Of a stretch of 64,000 nt of DNA, positions 37,794 to 50,392 are shown in pieces; within the stretch, counting starts at the first letter, position 1; every line of letters begins with the position of its first letter. Origin of the DNA: Neodothiora populina (taxonomy: Eukaryota); contig NW_027191405.1 in the NCBI RefSeq assembly GCF_041146345.1, forward strand, positions 1,426,001 to 1,490,000. Direction: 5' to 3'. The position numbers were made by a program, and so were the translations under genes. The notes below the pieces were generated by a model. The model saw nothing but the letters and a program-made list of their open reading frames with translations. It did no database searches and had not been told where the DNA came from.

Positions 37794-39202
37794 ATGTCCA
37801 AACCATCCTTCTTCCTTGTATCGTTACCGACGTCCATATCGCCTTCCAACGACAAGGATGAAGCCCTGACGGCCCTCCGGTCCGTCATCACCACCGACAA
37901 TGGCGATACGTCTCCCTTCACGCTCCCTTCCTTCAAGATTGGCACTCTGGATGCGCTCGTGCAGCAAGCGGACGACCTCGGCAAGCTGAGCGGTGGTTGC
38001 GAGGCCGTCGTGGGCAAGGTTGCCGATTCGTTGAGAGGTCTACTCGAGGGTGATGAGGACAAGATTGCACAGCAGAAGACGGTCAATGACAGTATGCTGG
38101 AGCAAAGGACATGATTGATGAGAAAAGCGCTTCGTGCTGACATGATCCTGACAGGGCCGGTGGAGCAATATCTCTCGTCATTCCAGTGGAACAAAGTCAA
38201 GTACCGAGCTGAGAAGCCCATCTCTGAGCTCATTGACATGCTACAAAAGGTACTACCACACCCCGATCTCCACACATGTGATTACTCGACCGTAGTCCCA
38301 CGCTTTGATCATGTCCCGACCAGCTGACATGAGCCTCGTGCGGCGATCAGGAAATCGCAAGTATAGACAGCGACATCAAGTCCAAGTTCAATCAATACAA
38401 CGCAACCAAAACCAGTCTGGCCACCTCACAACGATCCCGTACCGGAAACCTCTCTCAGCGCAGTCTCAGCAGCATCGTCAACCCCCGCGCTCTTCTGGCG
38501 CCCGACGCCTCCGAGTACATGCAGCAACATATCCTGGCCGTGCCCAACACCCTTGTCAAGGAATACCTGAAGTCATACGAGACACTATGCCCCATGGTCG
38601 TGCCGCGCAGCTCTCAGGAACTCGCCAGGGACGACGAGTTCACCTTGTTCGCCGTCACCGTCTTCAAGAAGCACTCGGTCGAGTTCATCCACAAGTGCCG
38701 CGAGAAGCGATGGATCCCGCGAGAGTGGAAGTTCACCGAGGGCGGCAAGGAGGCCGAGGACAAGGAGTTGGAGAAGCTGGAGAAGGAAGAGAGAAAGGTC
38801 TGGGGTGAGGCGTTACGTCTCAGCAGGACGGGATACGCCGACGCCGTCATGGCTTGGGTCCATGTGCTCGCTCTCCGAGTCTTTGTCGAAACTGTGCTGA
38901 GATATGGTCTGCCGTTGAGTTTTGTCTGTGGTCTCGTCAAGGTAAGCATTTCTTTTTCTCGTTGCGTTGTATCATCGACAGCTAACGGTCGTTCTTCACA
39001 GACGGATTCCAAGCGATCGAAAAAGGCAAAGTCGAACCTCGACGCTGCGTACTCACACCTTGGAGGCAACGCCTTCGGCAAGGACAAAAAGGGCAGACCT
39101 ACAAAGGATGACTCGGCCATGTCGACTGAGATGTCGGCCATTGGTGGCGCCAACGCTGAACAGTACACCGCTTACGTCTTCTACGAGTTCGAGATTGTAT
39201 AG
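37794..39202 (+). CDS. VMA5: V-type ATPase subunit C; introns ~38092-38154, 38250-38350, 38942-39001
   Basis: FKIGTLDALVQQADDLGKL, FQWNKVKYR, MVVPRSS and LRVFVETVLRYGLP. Confidence 0.96.
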
Positions 39203-39604
39203 GTCAGAGTTGGATATGAGAGCAAGCTGTGTGTGTAAGTAGATCGGGTAGGAGGCAGAAAGGAGGACTGATAATCGCTGTCTCTTTTCATGTGTCATAT
39301 TTCAATGTCTGTGTGAAATGTGCTGCTGCTGCTGCTGCTGTTGGCGAGTTTCTCTATTTGTTTTTGATTTCATGCAATCTTCGTCCTGTGTCTATAGAGG
39401 ATTCTATACCCAACAAAAAGACAAGACTTCCACGGTGTTGATACATGTCTCGATCTCTCGACAAGAAAAACACAACTGTCATGAGAAATATAGATGAGGC
39501 ACTCTTCTTCTTTCATATGTATAGTGTATATCTCAAAGCCTGCTTTTATGAAGTTGTTGACTCGGATCTGTCATGATCGTCACGAAAGATGGAGCATTCC
39601 ACAT

Positions 39605-40421
39605 CTATTTCTTAAGAAGACCCTCCTTCTCGAGGTACTTGGTGATGATGACGACAGCCTCCTCGACGCTCGTCTTCTCCGAGTGGATGTGAATCTCGGG
39701 CTTCTCGGGAGCCTCATAGGGAGCACTGATGCCAGTGAAGTCCTTGATGATACCGGCTCTGGCCTTCTTGTACAGACCCTTGGGATCTCTCTTCTCGGCC
39801 TCCTCGACGGGGATATCGACAAAGACCTCGATGAACTTCAACGGCGTCTCGCCCTCGGCGGCGACCTCGTGCATCTCACGCGCAGTCTGTCTGTCGGCCT
39901 TGTAGGGCGAGATGAACGACGTCAGGGCCAGGCACGACGAGTCGGCGAACAGCTTGGCCACCTCGCCTATCCTGCGGATGTTCTCGTTGCGCGACTTCTC
40001 GTCGAAGCCGAGGTCCTTGTTGAGCCCGAAACGCACGTTGTCGCCGTCCAGACGGTATGCGCTGAGGCCCAGGTGCAGGAGGTGCTGCTCGAGCGCTGTG
40101 GCGATGGTCGACTTGCCCGAGGCCGAGAGGCCGGTGAACCAGATGGTGGCTCCCTGCTGTCCGCGGAGTTCGCTGCGCTCGGCGCGGGTGAGACCGGCGT
40201 GCCAGGTGATGTTGCTGGATGGGAGATATGTGTTAGCTGGGCATTGACAGAATGGTGGGTTTTTGTCTTTCTTTCTCCTTCTTTGGCAGGTGAACGGGCA
40301 GGAACGGAGGGGTTTTTGGTGGGGTCAATGGAGGGGCAGAGACACAAAAGTCACACAGATATGTACACAGTTGTACACATCATCTGCCACAGTAGGAAAG
40401 CAGAGTGACTCACGTGGCCAT
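39605..40421 (-). CDS. MET14: Adenylyl-sulfate (APS) kinase; 8-nt first coding exon 40421-40414, exon 2 40214-39605
   Basis: Spliced MAT|NITWH.., P-loop [35 protein letters not shown] and [11 protein letters not shown]. Confidence 0.96.
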
Positions 40422-41136
40422 TGTATATATGGAATCTAAGACGTCAAGAATTGGAATAATCTGAATTGGAAGGTGGTGTGGGTGAAAGAAAAAGTGACTT
40501 GCGGCGTAAACTGCGTAAGGTAATGTAATGGAAGGTACTGAAATGTCCAGATGCAGAAAGTAAACGCAAGCTCAAACTTTACCAATCGCGACTGAATTGC
40601 GTGCTCGCTGCGTCGACGAATTGGCAGGTGCGCGTACACTCTGCGAGTGCCCTTCCCACATTTCCACCACACGTTGACACAAACCCGCCCTGCTCTTCCA
40701 CCCACCAGGACCACCCCCTCCTCCCGCTCCAAGTGAATTGGCCGATAGCGGAACGGGCCGCGGGGTTTTCTCTTCGTCTACGACTCTCGCTTCGAGTCAG
40801 GCAGTGACTGGGCAGACCGCCTCCTTGAATCAGACAATCTCGATAAGAGGTCGTTTACCATTTACCATTTCCTTATCGCTCAGCTCACTTGCTCGTCTAT
40901 CGCGCGAGAGATTGACTTTGGATGGTACTGTACATGATAACTTTCCTCGAACATGGACTCACTTGATATCTTCGCTTTCAACTCAGACTCTTTCTCTTTC
41001 TTCTCAACTTCTCTTGGTCATTCTCGCTGTGAACAGATCTCTTTCGCGTCTACTTAAGGCGATCCTTAAGCTTGCGGTACAGCGAACACTACTTTAAAGC
41101 TTCGGCTACCAGTGACTAAAAACATCTACCCACATA

Positions 41137-42561
41137 ATGTCCGCTGCTCGTTGCATCAGAGCAGCGACTCCAGTCCTTCGTTCTGCTACGATCAGATCGG
41201 GCGTCCCTGCTCGTCAGAGTCTCGCACAATGTTCACAAGCATACTCCACATGCAGACCGCGATTGGTCGCAAGAACATCGCTCTTTGCCCTACAAAAGTA
41301 TAGTCATGCGAAACAGGGTGCCAGAAGCTATGCCACAGAAGAACTGGCTACCGAAGGAACTTTAGGCAAGACCGGCCTCTATGAACTGCATCTCGCACAC
41401 GGAGCCAAAATGGTCCCGTTCGGTGGTTTCCATATGCCGGTTCAATATAGTGATCTCGGTGTTGGCGAATCCCACAAGTGGACGCGCGAGAAGGCCAGCA
41501 TCTTCGATGTATCGCACATGGTGCAGTATCATCTCGCGGGACCAGGATCCAATGCCTTCCTTGAGAAAATCACTCCTTCAGATGTCAAGGGTCTCCCCGC
41601 CCATCAATCTACTCTCAGCGCTCTCCTCCTCCCGGAGACTGGTGGCATCTGCGACGACACCATCATTACAAGGTTGGAGGCCGAGAAATTCTATATTGTG
41701 ACCAACGCAGGCTGCAGAGAGAAAGATGCCGCATATTTCGCGGGTGAGCTCTCGGCTTGGAACTCCGCGCATCCAGAACAGCAAGTCACACTCACAGAAC
41801 TCCAAGACCGAGGTCTCATCGCTCTTCAAGGACCTCTCGCGGCCTCAATCCTCGAGTCTGTAGTCGTTGATCCCCAATCTGCAAACCTAAAGGAAGTCTA
41901 CTTCGGCTCAAGCAAATACGTCCAAATCTCCCTCCCCTCCGGCCCGTCCGCCCCCGTCCTTGTCTCACGAGGCGGCTACACAGGCGAAGACGGCTTCGAG
42001 ATCTCCATCGCGCCCTCAGACACAGTCGCCGTGACAGAACACCTCCTCTCGACCGCCGGACCAGACAGCCTCCGCCTCGCCGGTCTCGGCGCCCGCGATA
42101 GTCTGCGTCTGGAAGCAGGAATGTGTCTGTACGGCCACGATCTCGACGACTCGACGACCCCCGTCGAAGCCGCTCTAAGCTGGATCATCGGCAAGCCCCG
42201 CCGCGAGACAGGAGGCTTCAACGGCGCCGAGACCATCCTCGCACAGCTCAAGCCCAAATCAAGAGGCGGCAGGGGCGTCGAGCGTCGCAGAATCGGCCTT
42301 TTGATCCAAGGCGCCCCTGCGCGAGAGGGAGCCGAGATCGTGTCTTCTGACAACCCCGAGACGGTCATTGGCAGAGTAACCTCTGGCTGCCCGAGCCCGA
42401 GTCTGGGCGAGAACGTCGCCATGGGATATATCAAAGATGGCATGCACAAGAGCGGAACCGAAGTCGGTGTCAAGGTCAGGGGAAAAGTCAGGAAGGCCGT
42501 CGTGGCTAAAATGCCCTTCTTGCCTAGTAAGTACTGGAAGGGCGGCATCTCCCCTGCTTAA
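41137..42561 (+). CDS. GCV1: Glycine cleavage system T protein (aminomethyltransferase), mitochondrial
   Basis: Presequence, KMVPFGGFHMPVQY, FDVSHM, RGGYTGEDGFE and GLGARDSLRLEAGMCLYG. Confidence 0.97.
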   Translation: MSAARCIRAATPVLRSATIRSGVPARQSLAQCSQAYSTCRPRLVARTSLFALQKYSHAKQGARSYATEELATEGTLGKTGLYELHLAHGAKMVPFGGFHMPVQYSDLGVGESHKWTREKASIFDVSHMVQYHLAGPGSNAFLEKITPSDVKGLPAHQSTLSALLLPETGGICDDTIITRLEAEKFYIVTNAGCREKDAAYFAGELSAWNSAHPEQQVTLTELQDRGLIALQGPLAASILESVVVDPQSANLKEVYFGSSKYVQISLPSGPSAPVLVSRGGYTGEDGFEISIAPSDTVAVTEHLLSTAGPDSLRLAGLGARDSLRLEAGMCLYGHDLDDSTTPVEAALSWIIGKPRRETGGFNGAETILAQLKPKSRGGRGVERRRIGLLIQGAPAREGAEIVSSDNPETVIGRVTSGCPSPSLGENVAMGYIKDGMHKSGTEVGVKVRGKVRKAVVAKMPFLPSKYWKGGISPA

Positions 42562-43074
42562 TACTCTTTATTCTGTTTTCTTTTCCCCATCTCAATGAGG
42601 GAGAACTTGGCGCTTGTGGGATGTCTGGCGGTTCAACACGACGAGACTACGAGTCTGTCTCTAGATCCTCTCTAGATCCTCGCAAAAGAGGACGGAGGTG
42701 AAGTAAAGGGCAAAAGTAGATAGATACGGTGCGGGAAGCAGCGATAGCTTTCTGTCCCACACGCGAAAAACATGAGATTACAACCAATCAAGATCAGTCA
42801 ATTAGCAGAATGTTCTACGTTCAAATCGGCAGTCACTCAGGAGTGGATACTCGTTTGCAACTTGACCGGGACCTTGAAATTAGTGAGCCCGGCAAGGGAC
42901 AGATAAGACTGCTCGATATAGAATGGCGAGGATACACACAAGACAAGACGCGAGGGAAGGACATGGATTCGCAGCCAGTATATACAGCCCAAATCGCTAC
43001 ATGTCCATCGCTTGTGACTACCAATTTACCTCGACCATGATGTCCCTGTTTCCTCATCACATTGCGCCTTGTCA

Positions 43075-45300
43075 TCAGTCATCGTCGTCATCATCGCTAT
43101 CTCCAAATATCGACTTGAAGACCTCGTCTCCAGCCCTCTTGGCCTCGAGCGCAGAGTTCGTCTCAGGGTCAATCGACTCTTGAACCTTGACTTCTCTAAA
43201 CGCCGGTAGTGTCGACTGGGATTGCACAGAGGAGTCATCTTGTCCTTGTGCAGCATCAGAAGAAGAAGAGACAGGGTTGTCGTTTTTGGGAACAGAGCGT
43301 AGACGATTCGCTTCCTGCATGATCTGGTCCAGACTCGCTTTGGACACGACGTCTAGTCTGCTGCTACTGCTAGTGTCGCCAAAGTTATCTTGGTTGCTCG
43401 CACCACCAGTGCTTGATCCAGGCCCAGATCCGGGGTCTGCGTGCGAGGGAGTCTTGACTCCGAACCGCTTGCAGAGGAGTCTGGTCGGGTAAAAGGTCGT
43501 TCGTGAGCGAGTCATGGGTCCAAACATGCCGAGTTTCGCGGCTTCGACCGCGGGGTCTTGAGGTGCTTTTGGGGCGGCCTGCTCTGAGGGGCCAGTAGAG
43601 GAAGAAGTCGATTTCTGGCCGTGAGTCGAAAAGGCGGCGGAAGATGATGAAGCGGTGGTGAAGCGCGAGGCCATCAGACCCGAAATGGGACGGAAGATCT
43701 GGGCGACCTGGCAGAATTCGCGTAGTTCCGAGATCCATTCGTCAGTGGTTTTGTCTTTGGCACGTATAGGCAAGGACTCGCTGATGCCGGCGGCAATCTC
43801 GAGGAACGCTCTATAGCGGGCTCGTTTCCCGAGGTCTTCGCTGTATGGCAGGGAGCCACTCGATCCCCGTTGAAGCGCGCTCGTTGCTGTAGACTTGTCA
43901 AGGACAGGAACGAGGTCCCAGAGGATTTTATTTTTCTGCGCTTCTGTGCGCTCGAAGCCTGCTGGTGCAGGATCGTTGCGCGCTTGAGGCAAGTTGGTTC
44001 TGCCTGTTGCGTTAACAAGACGTTCGCGGGCCGAACTGGACAAATAATCGAAGATGGATTTGCCGGGCAATTGCTGTTCGCCTAAAACGGCAGCTCGCGA
44101 GGCGGGATCGAGGGTGGATGCTTTTGCTACGTCGGCTGTAGACTTGAAGGTCGAAGGGTCGGCAGGTTTGACCGGATCCTTGTTTTTACTTGATTCCCAC
44201 CCTTCTGGAACAGATGGAGGAGGGTACTTGTTTTCTTGATCTGTGATCAAGGGTTGGCTTGCGAGTACAAACCCATCCAAAGGTAGTCGGCCGTCGTAAC
44301 ATTTCCTGAAGCCTGTATTGCTGATGACTTTGCCGAGTTTCCTTGACATGAACGTAGGAGCAGCTTTGACGGCGGGACTAGCAGTATTGGCGACAATACC
44401 ACCTTTTCGCTTCTTCTTGTCACCTCCTATGATGCGATTGTAGGATATCTTGGGACCCATCTCGTAAGGATCCTCGTCATCCGAACCCGTGTCGTTCAGT
44501 ACACCTACGCCAAAAGCGCCTCGCTTAGGCTTCTGCTTGACTTTCAGAGGCTTCTTCATGGTGAAAGATGAGGAATCGTCGTCATCTCCATTATCGTCCA
44601 AATACGAAGAAGCCCGTCGCGATCCGGCCGTACTGCCTTGGAGACGCTCCTCTCTAGCATATCCCAACCCGAATCGGTCCTTTTTCTTGTCTATTTTGAC
44701 GAGATGTGTGTTCGCGGGAGCGAATAGATGGGTTCCCTGGGCTTCCACCGAGTTGTCTTCACCCGTCTCCGCCTTTCGTCTGACTCTGGGACCGATTCCT
44801 TGTCCCTGACGCCAACCCATCTTTTGGAGTAATTTCACACCTATAGTGTCTGCAGCAGGTTTGAAGAGGTCACTTAGTAGACCGCGGCGCATGCCTTCCT
44901 CCTGGGTAGAGCCCAAGCCTGAAAACGAGGCCTGGGTTTCCAGCTTCTGGGCTTCGGCAGCATCGGCGAGATCCTCATCATCCATGAAATCTCCCGCTTT
45001 CTGCTGCGTCTGTTCTGCGTTTGCATCTTTGGCGCGGTTTCCTCGCGAAGAGATAAAGGTCGATGGTGTCCAGCCTTCCTTGGATCCTACGGTGTTGAAG
45101 TAACCAGCGCTGAAGCCTCCGGTGAATGCGCCATGGAGACGCTTCCTGCCACGCTCATCCCTGACCTCTTGCTTCCACAGCGGCACGTAGCTTCCGTCAT
45201 CGCGAGTCTCCGAGTCTAAGGGAGGGAGGGGGGTGCCATATAAGGCAAAGGGCGGGAGATGATCAGCCTCATAGTTGGCTCTGGAGCGCTTAGAGGACAT
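43075..45300 (-). CDS. G-patch domain protein, GPATCH1/DUF1604-like splicing-associated factor
   Basis: RLHGAFTGGFSAGYFNTVGSKEGWTP and the G-patch IGVKLLQKMGWRQGQGIG; C-terminal FKSIFGDSDDD. Confidence 0.92.
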   Translation of the reverse strand: MSSKRSRANYEADHLPPFALYGTPLPPLDSETRDDGSYVPLWKQEVRDERGRKRLHGAFTGGFSAGYFNTVGSKEGWTPSTFISSRGNRAKDANAEQTQQKAGDFMDDEDLADAAEAQKLETQASFSGLGSTQEEGMRRGLLSDLFKPAADTIGVKLLQKMGWRQGQGIGPRVRRKAETGEDNSVEAQGTHLFAPANTHLVKIDKKKDRFGLGYAREERLQGSTAGSRRASSYLDDNGDDDDSSSFTMKKPLKVKQKPKRGAFGVGVLNDTGSDDEDPYEMGPKISYNRIIGGDKKKRKGGIVANTASPAVKAAPTFMSRKLGKVISNTGFRKCYDGRLPLDGFVLASQPLITDQENKYPPPSVPEGWESSKNKDPVKPADPSTFKSTADVAKASTLDPASRAAVLGEQQLPGKSIFDYLSSSARERLVNATGRTNLPQARNDPAPAGFERTEAQKNKILWDLVPVLDKSTATSALQRGSSGSLPYSEDLGKRARYRAFLEIAAGISESLPIRAKDKTTDEWISELREFCQVAQIFRPISGLMASRFTTASSSSAAFSTHGQKSTSSSTGPSEQAAPKAPQDPAVEAAKLGMFGPMTRSRTTFYPTRLLCKRFGVKTPSHADPGSGPGSSTGGASNQDNFGDTSSSSRLDVVSKASLDQIMQEANRLRSVPKNDNPVSSSSDAAQGQDDSSVQSQSTLPAFREVKVQESIDPETNSALEAKRAGDEVFKSIFGDSDDDDDD

Positions 45301-47134
45301 GTCTTAGTATCTGTGTCGCGAAGGTGTCAAGCATTGAGATGGTCTGCTCCAGTGTCCAAGGTGGGATACTTACGTGAAAATGCTAACGAATCATTGGAAA
45401 CGCAACCGATGATGTTCTATGTGAGTTGTACGGCGAAATGGCAGGTTCAGCTCGCAGTCCTGCACTCAACCGGCAGTCACTGTCGCAGGCGGCGAAAGTA
45501 GCAGGAACGATATCAGCAGCACCTACGTCGGCGCAACTGAGTGTCTTTGGTCGATATAATACCGTATGCTTTGCCCAATGTCACCTTACACCACCTTATT
45601 ACAGCAGACATTCGATAACAAGTGCATTAATCAGTGCATTCCACACACACAAATGATAAGCTCACCACTGACTCGGAACAACGGGTTAGAGATTCACTTA
45701 TACCGTGATAATAAACGCAGGTTAAGCCACTAACAACAGAAGCACCCACCACTTCCCGTTCCGCTTCGTTTTACGGAGTATCACTAGCCACTTTTGGGTA
45801 TCGAACAGTAATCCGAGCCCTCGAACACGAGCAAGGTGCAACGTGAATCCATCTGGCCTCTCTACTGTGCTGTACGCCAATCCTGCCTACTGTATGGTCC
45901 AGAAGTCCTACCGCACTTGAGATGTGTGATGCACAGTCAGATACTCGCAGCGTGGATCGGAACGACTCAGCTGGTGATGTAATTACCTTACCGCAAGAAC
46001 TTGTGGCTTCCTTGCTCACAACTAGGCTCCCCTCATTATTATCGTTGAATAAGGTAGCACTTGCGTCGTCTTGCCTGCGGCCGCACCAGCTTATTCCTTG
46101 TACTCTTCTTTGCCCTTTTCGCATTCCCTGCCCCTGCGTGATTATTCAGCTCGAATCTTGACGAACGACTTGCCTTTCTGCGTCAGCAATTGCGCGGCAG
46201 AAATATTCTATTTGTGTCTTGTGGTCTTGCAAACTGTGTCTTGATTCAGTACCTCAACCTTGCTGCTCGAGTGCAGTACAACATTCACAGTACCTACTCT
46301 CTTGCCGAACCCTGGTTCAACGGGTAGGGGAAAGTGTATCCACAGAACTCGCTCTGGTCCTTGGTTCTGGCTCGGTTGTTGCTCCACATCTCGGCGCGCT
46401 TCATTGTTGACGTCCAAGGAAGTCCAGAGGGTTCAGGTGGCCTCATTGTTTGCATCATCCATCCACCTGTGGCTTTCGTCGTTTGGACTTGGGTTGTTTG
46501 TGTCACGAAAGCAGAAGGCCCTGCGCCAGCTTGTCTTTTTCTCTCATCTCACTACTGCCTGAAGCTGCCAAAGCTCGCTGCACACCTTACTGCATATACC
46601 ACAGTACGGGACACACTGCACTACGCGAGACTAAGCCACCAAACAGAAGACTCAGACAGATAATCGCAATCTCGACAAGACCCAAAGCGGAAGCCTCATC
46701 TCTCCCCGTGCTTTGCGCCCGCTGCTCGTCCAGAGACAACTGCAGACAACTTTAGCAACATCGGACCCCAGCACCGCCCCTTGTCATAAATTATTCCATT
46801 TGACACCTGCCAAATATCTTGTTAATCCTACATCGTTGACCCCGCAGTCTGAGCAGCTGTCTCTTGTCTTGCGAACCGACGATCCAGACGTCTTTTATCC
46901 TCCCCAATCAACATAACAGCACTCCCACTCCCATGCCATCGCGCCTACACCGATAGAAAGAAGCGGCTTCGCCATATTGGCAGCCTAGCAATTGTCTCTC
47001 CACACCACACCTCGCAACGGCTACCACATCATAGCTGTCTCTGGTGTGTTCAACGACGTCGCTTGTCAGCCATCCAACCTCTTCTTTCTTTACTGCACCG
47101 TGGTGTATAGTTACCACAGCAGCACCAGATAAAT

Positions 47135-50100
47135 ATGTCGACTGCGGCGTCGCCGTCGTCAACTCCACACACTCCATCGAGCGTGCGCCGACACCAGTCG
47201 TACGTTGATCGCGATCGCTACCAAGCCACACCTACCAGAGATGCGGCTCCTTCGTCTCCACGGAGGAGTTTGTCGCAATCCCAGGTTCCCTCACATAGTC
47301 GGGAGCCTTCTGCCCAGGGTCAATTGTCTTCAGTAGCGAGACGGGACTTTGAGCAGAGCAACGTCGCCCACCCTCCCTCAGACGCCCTGCCAGACGACTC
47401 GCGCGAGCCTCCCCCTTCTTTTCCCGCCCGCTCGGATTCGACGAGACAGCCCTCGATGAGGAACGGAAATGGTCAGCACTCTAGGTATAACTCGCAAGAC
47501 ATTCCTCAACCCGCCGCTCCTCCTCCTGCCAACGCCAACGGCAGCGCCAACAATGACCCTTCTCACCATACTTCGAGCTCTGGCGTGCGGCGTAGAACCA
47601 CCATTGACGCGACCACTGGTCACTGGGAGCTGGGTAAGACCATCGGTGCGGGTAGCATGGGTAAAGTCAAGCTAGCACGAAACAAGGAGACCGGAGAACA
47701 GGTATGTAATTATGCGGCTGGGAAGCCAGCCATCACCCTCAGCTTACCATCGCCCAGGTCGCCGTCAAAATCGTTCCTCGCTTATCTACCGACGAGCATC
47801 GAACACCTCAAGATAGAGAAAGAGCAGACCACTCCAAAGAGGTCCGCACTGCCCGCGAGGCAGCCATCGTGACACTCGTCGACCACCCGTACATTTGCGG
47901 CATGCGTGATGTTGTCCGCACCAACTACCACTGGTATATGTTGTTCGAATACGTCAATGGTGGTCAAATGCTGGATTACATCATCTCTCACGGCAGGCTG
48001 AAGGAGAAACAAGCACGCAAGTTCGGTCGCCAGATCGCAAGCGCCTTGGACTACTGTCACAGGAACAGTATTGTGCACCGCGATCTCAAGATTGAGAACA
48101 TCCTTATCAGTAAGACTGGTGACATCAAGATCATTGATTTTGGTCTAAGCAACACATTTTCCCCCAAGAGTCTACTCAAGACCTTCTGCGGCTCACTATA
48201 CTTCGCTGCCCCGGAGTTGCTGCAAGCCAAGGCATACGTCGGGCCCGAGGTAGACGTCTGGAGTTTTGGCATCGTCTTATATGTCCTGGTCTGCGGAAAG
48301 GTTCCATTTGACGACCAGAGCATGCCTCAGCTTCACGCGAAGATCAAAAAAGGTGTTGTCGAATATCCCCCTTGGCTGTCGACTGGTAAGATTGCACTCT
48401 TGGCTGTTTTCTTCGCTCTTCGTTCACTGACACAGCGATACAGAATGCAAGAGTCTCATTGGACGCATGCTTGTCACAGATCCGAACCAACGCGCGCCAC
48501 TCTCCGAGATCATGGCCCATCCCTGGATGACCAAAGGCTTCGGCGGTCCACCAGAGTCCTACCTGCCTCCTCGCAAACCATTGCAATTGCCTCTAGACCC
48601 GCTCGTGCTGCAAAAGATGGATGGATTCGATTTCGGCTCGGCCGATGTCATCGAGCAACAACTCACCGATGTCCTGAGATCGGATGAATACCAGCGAGCA
48701 GTTGTCGCGGCCGAGCGTCGTAACCAGATGCCGACGCCCGAGGTGGAGAAGAAACGAGGAGTCTTTGACTTCTACAAGCGTCGAAACTCTACGACTAGCC
48801 GGGAGACGCTGTCAGGGGCCTCTTCAGAAGCTGTCCAGCTTGGTGCTGATCCGCTCAATGCATACCACCCCCTTATCTCGATTTACTTCCTCGCAAAAGA
48901 GAAGCTCGAGCGGGAACAAAGAGAGTCGAATCCTGGGGCTCTCAGCATACCTTCTTCGATCAGTGACAAGACGCCCAAGCTGCCAGAATTGCGGGCTCCC
49001 CAGGCAGCATACACCAACACCTCGACATACGAGATGGCCGGAGAAAAACCCACCGGTGGCCGAAGCAGACCACGAGCCCGAACGCACGGTGAAGATGAGG
49101 TGGCTGATGATTTGTCGAAGCTCAAGATCAATAACCGCCAAGTACCACCGTCCCCAGCCATCGTTCTACCTCCACCGGACCAGACCCCGACAAGGAAAGA
49201 GGGCATGGCTACGGGCATACTGCGCAGATTCAGCACACGGAAACATCGCGAACCTGACCGGCCGACAGCATCCCAGCCAGACCATTCAACACCTCGCAAG
49301 AGTTTCAGCATGCGGCGCCAACGCGATCGAGACTCGAGCGCGACTGGTCTGAGACCAGATGTCAACACAAACCAGCCTCCGGAATTGCTGACACCACCCC
49401 AACCCTCCAGTGAACCGCAGAGTCGACGCGTGGGTCTCGGTCGCTCTACAAGCGTCAGCACAGCAGAGCAGAGGCGTCGCACATCCCGACGTGGTGTATC
49501 TGAGGGAGCCAGCGGATCACGTCCACCAATGCCTCCTCAATACGGCAGCCGACGCGGGAATGCAGCCGACCGTCCTGGCGACGCAGCATCCGATGTCGAA
49601 TCTCCGGCCTCACGCAGCGCAGGGCCGACTTCGAGAACCAAGTCCGTCGGGCATGCACGTAAGGAGAGTTACCAAGCCAGACGTGTGGCGAGGGGCTACA
49701 ACGATACAGACAATGTGCCCGAAGAGACGGATCAAGACCTGCAAGCGGATATGGCAGGCAACAACGTGGGCGGTACGGGGTCAAGTCCCCAGATCAAGCC
49801 TGTATACCTCAAAGGGTTGTTCAGTGTGTCGACGACCAGCTCCAAGCCGCTAGCAGTCATCCGAGCGGACATCATTCGGACATTGAAGCAACTGAACGTG
49901 GAATACAGAGAGATCAAGGGTGGGTTCAACTGTCGCCATGCACCCAGCATTGATCTCCACAAGAATCACGATGAGGGCGGAGACAGAGGTCTCTCAGCCC
50001 AGCCAAGTCACAAACGCAAGATCAGTTTCGGTGGTTTCATGACATCGGGTAGCAACGAGCGGGAACACGATGCGCGAAATCCGTCGACGCCGACCATGCC

Positions 50101-50392
50101 ATCCCGACGGCCGGAGAATAGTTACATCGGCAGCGAAGAAGAATCAGACGACAGCGAAGGTGCTTCTGCACAGCGAGCACGCAGGAGATTGTCTGCTCAA
50201 GGCAGACCGCCAGGCGAGACGAGCACGCATGTCCAAAGTGACCTGGGGTCTAGCATGGTGTTGAAGTTTGAGATATTTGTGGTCAAAGTGCCGATCCTGA
50301 ACATTCATGGAATCCAGTTCAAGAAAGTCGATGGAGGTACTTGGCAGTACAAGAACATGGCACAGACAATCTTGAATGAGTTGAGGCTGTAA
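47135..50392 (+). CDS. KIN1: Kin1/Kin2 (PAR-1/MARK) kinase; introns 47702-47757 and 48386-48443
   Basis: [30 protein letters not shown] and C-terminal KA1 domain ([26 protein letters not shown]). Confidence 0.96.

Noticed and set aside
39494..40408. 304-aa plus-strand ORF
   Set aside because: Antisense shadow of the codon-biased MET14 gene with no independent motifs.
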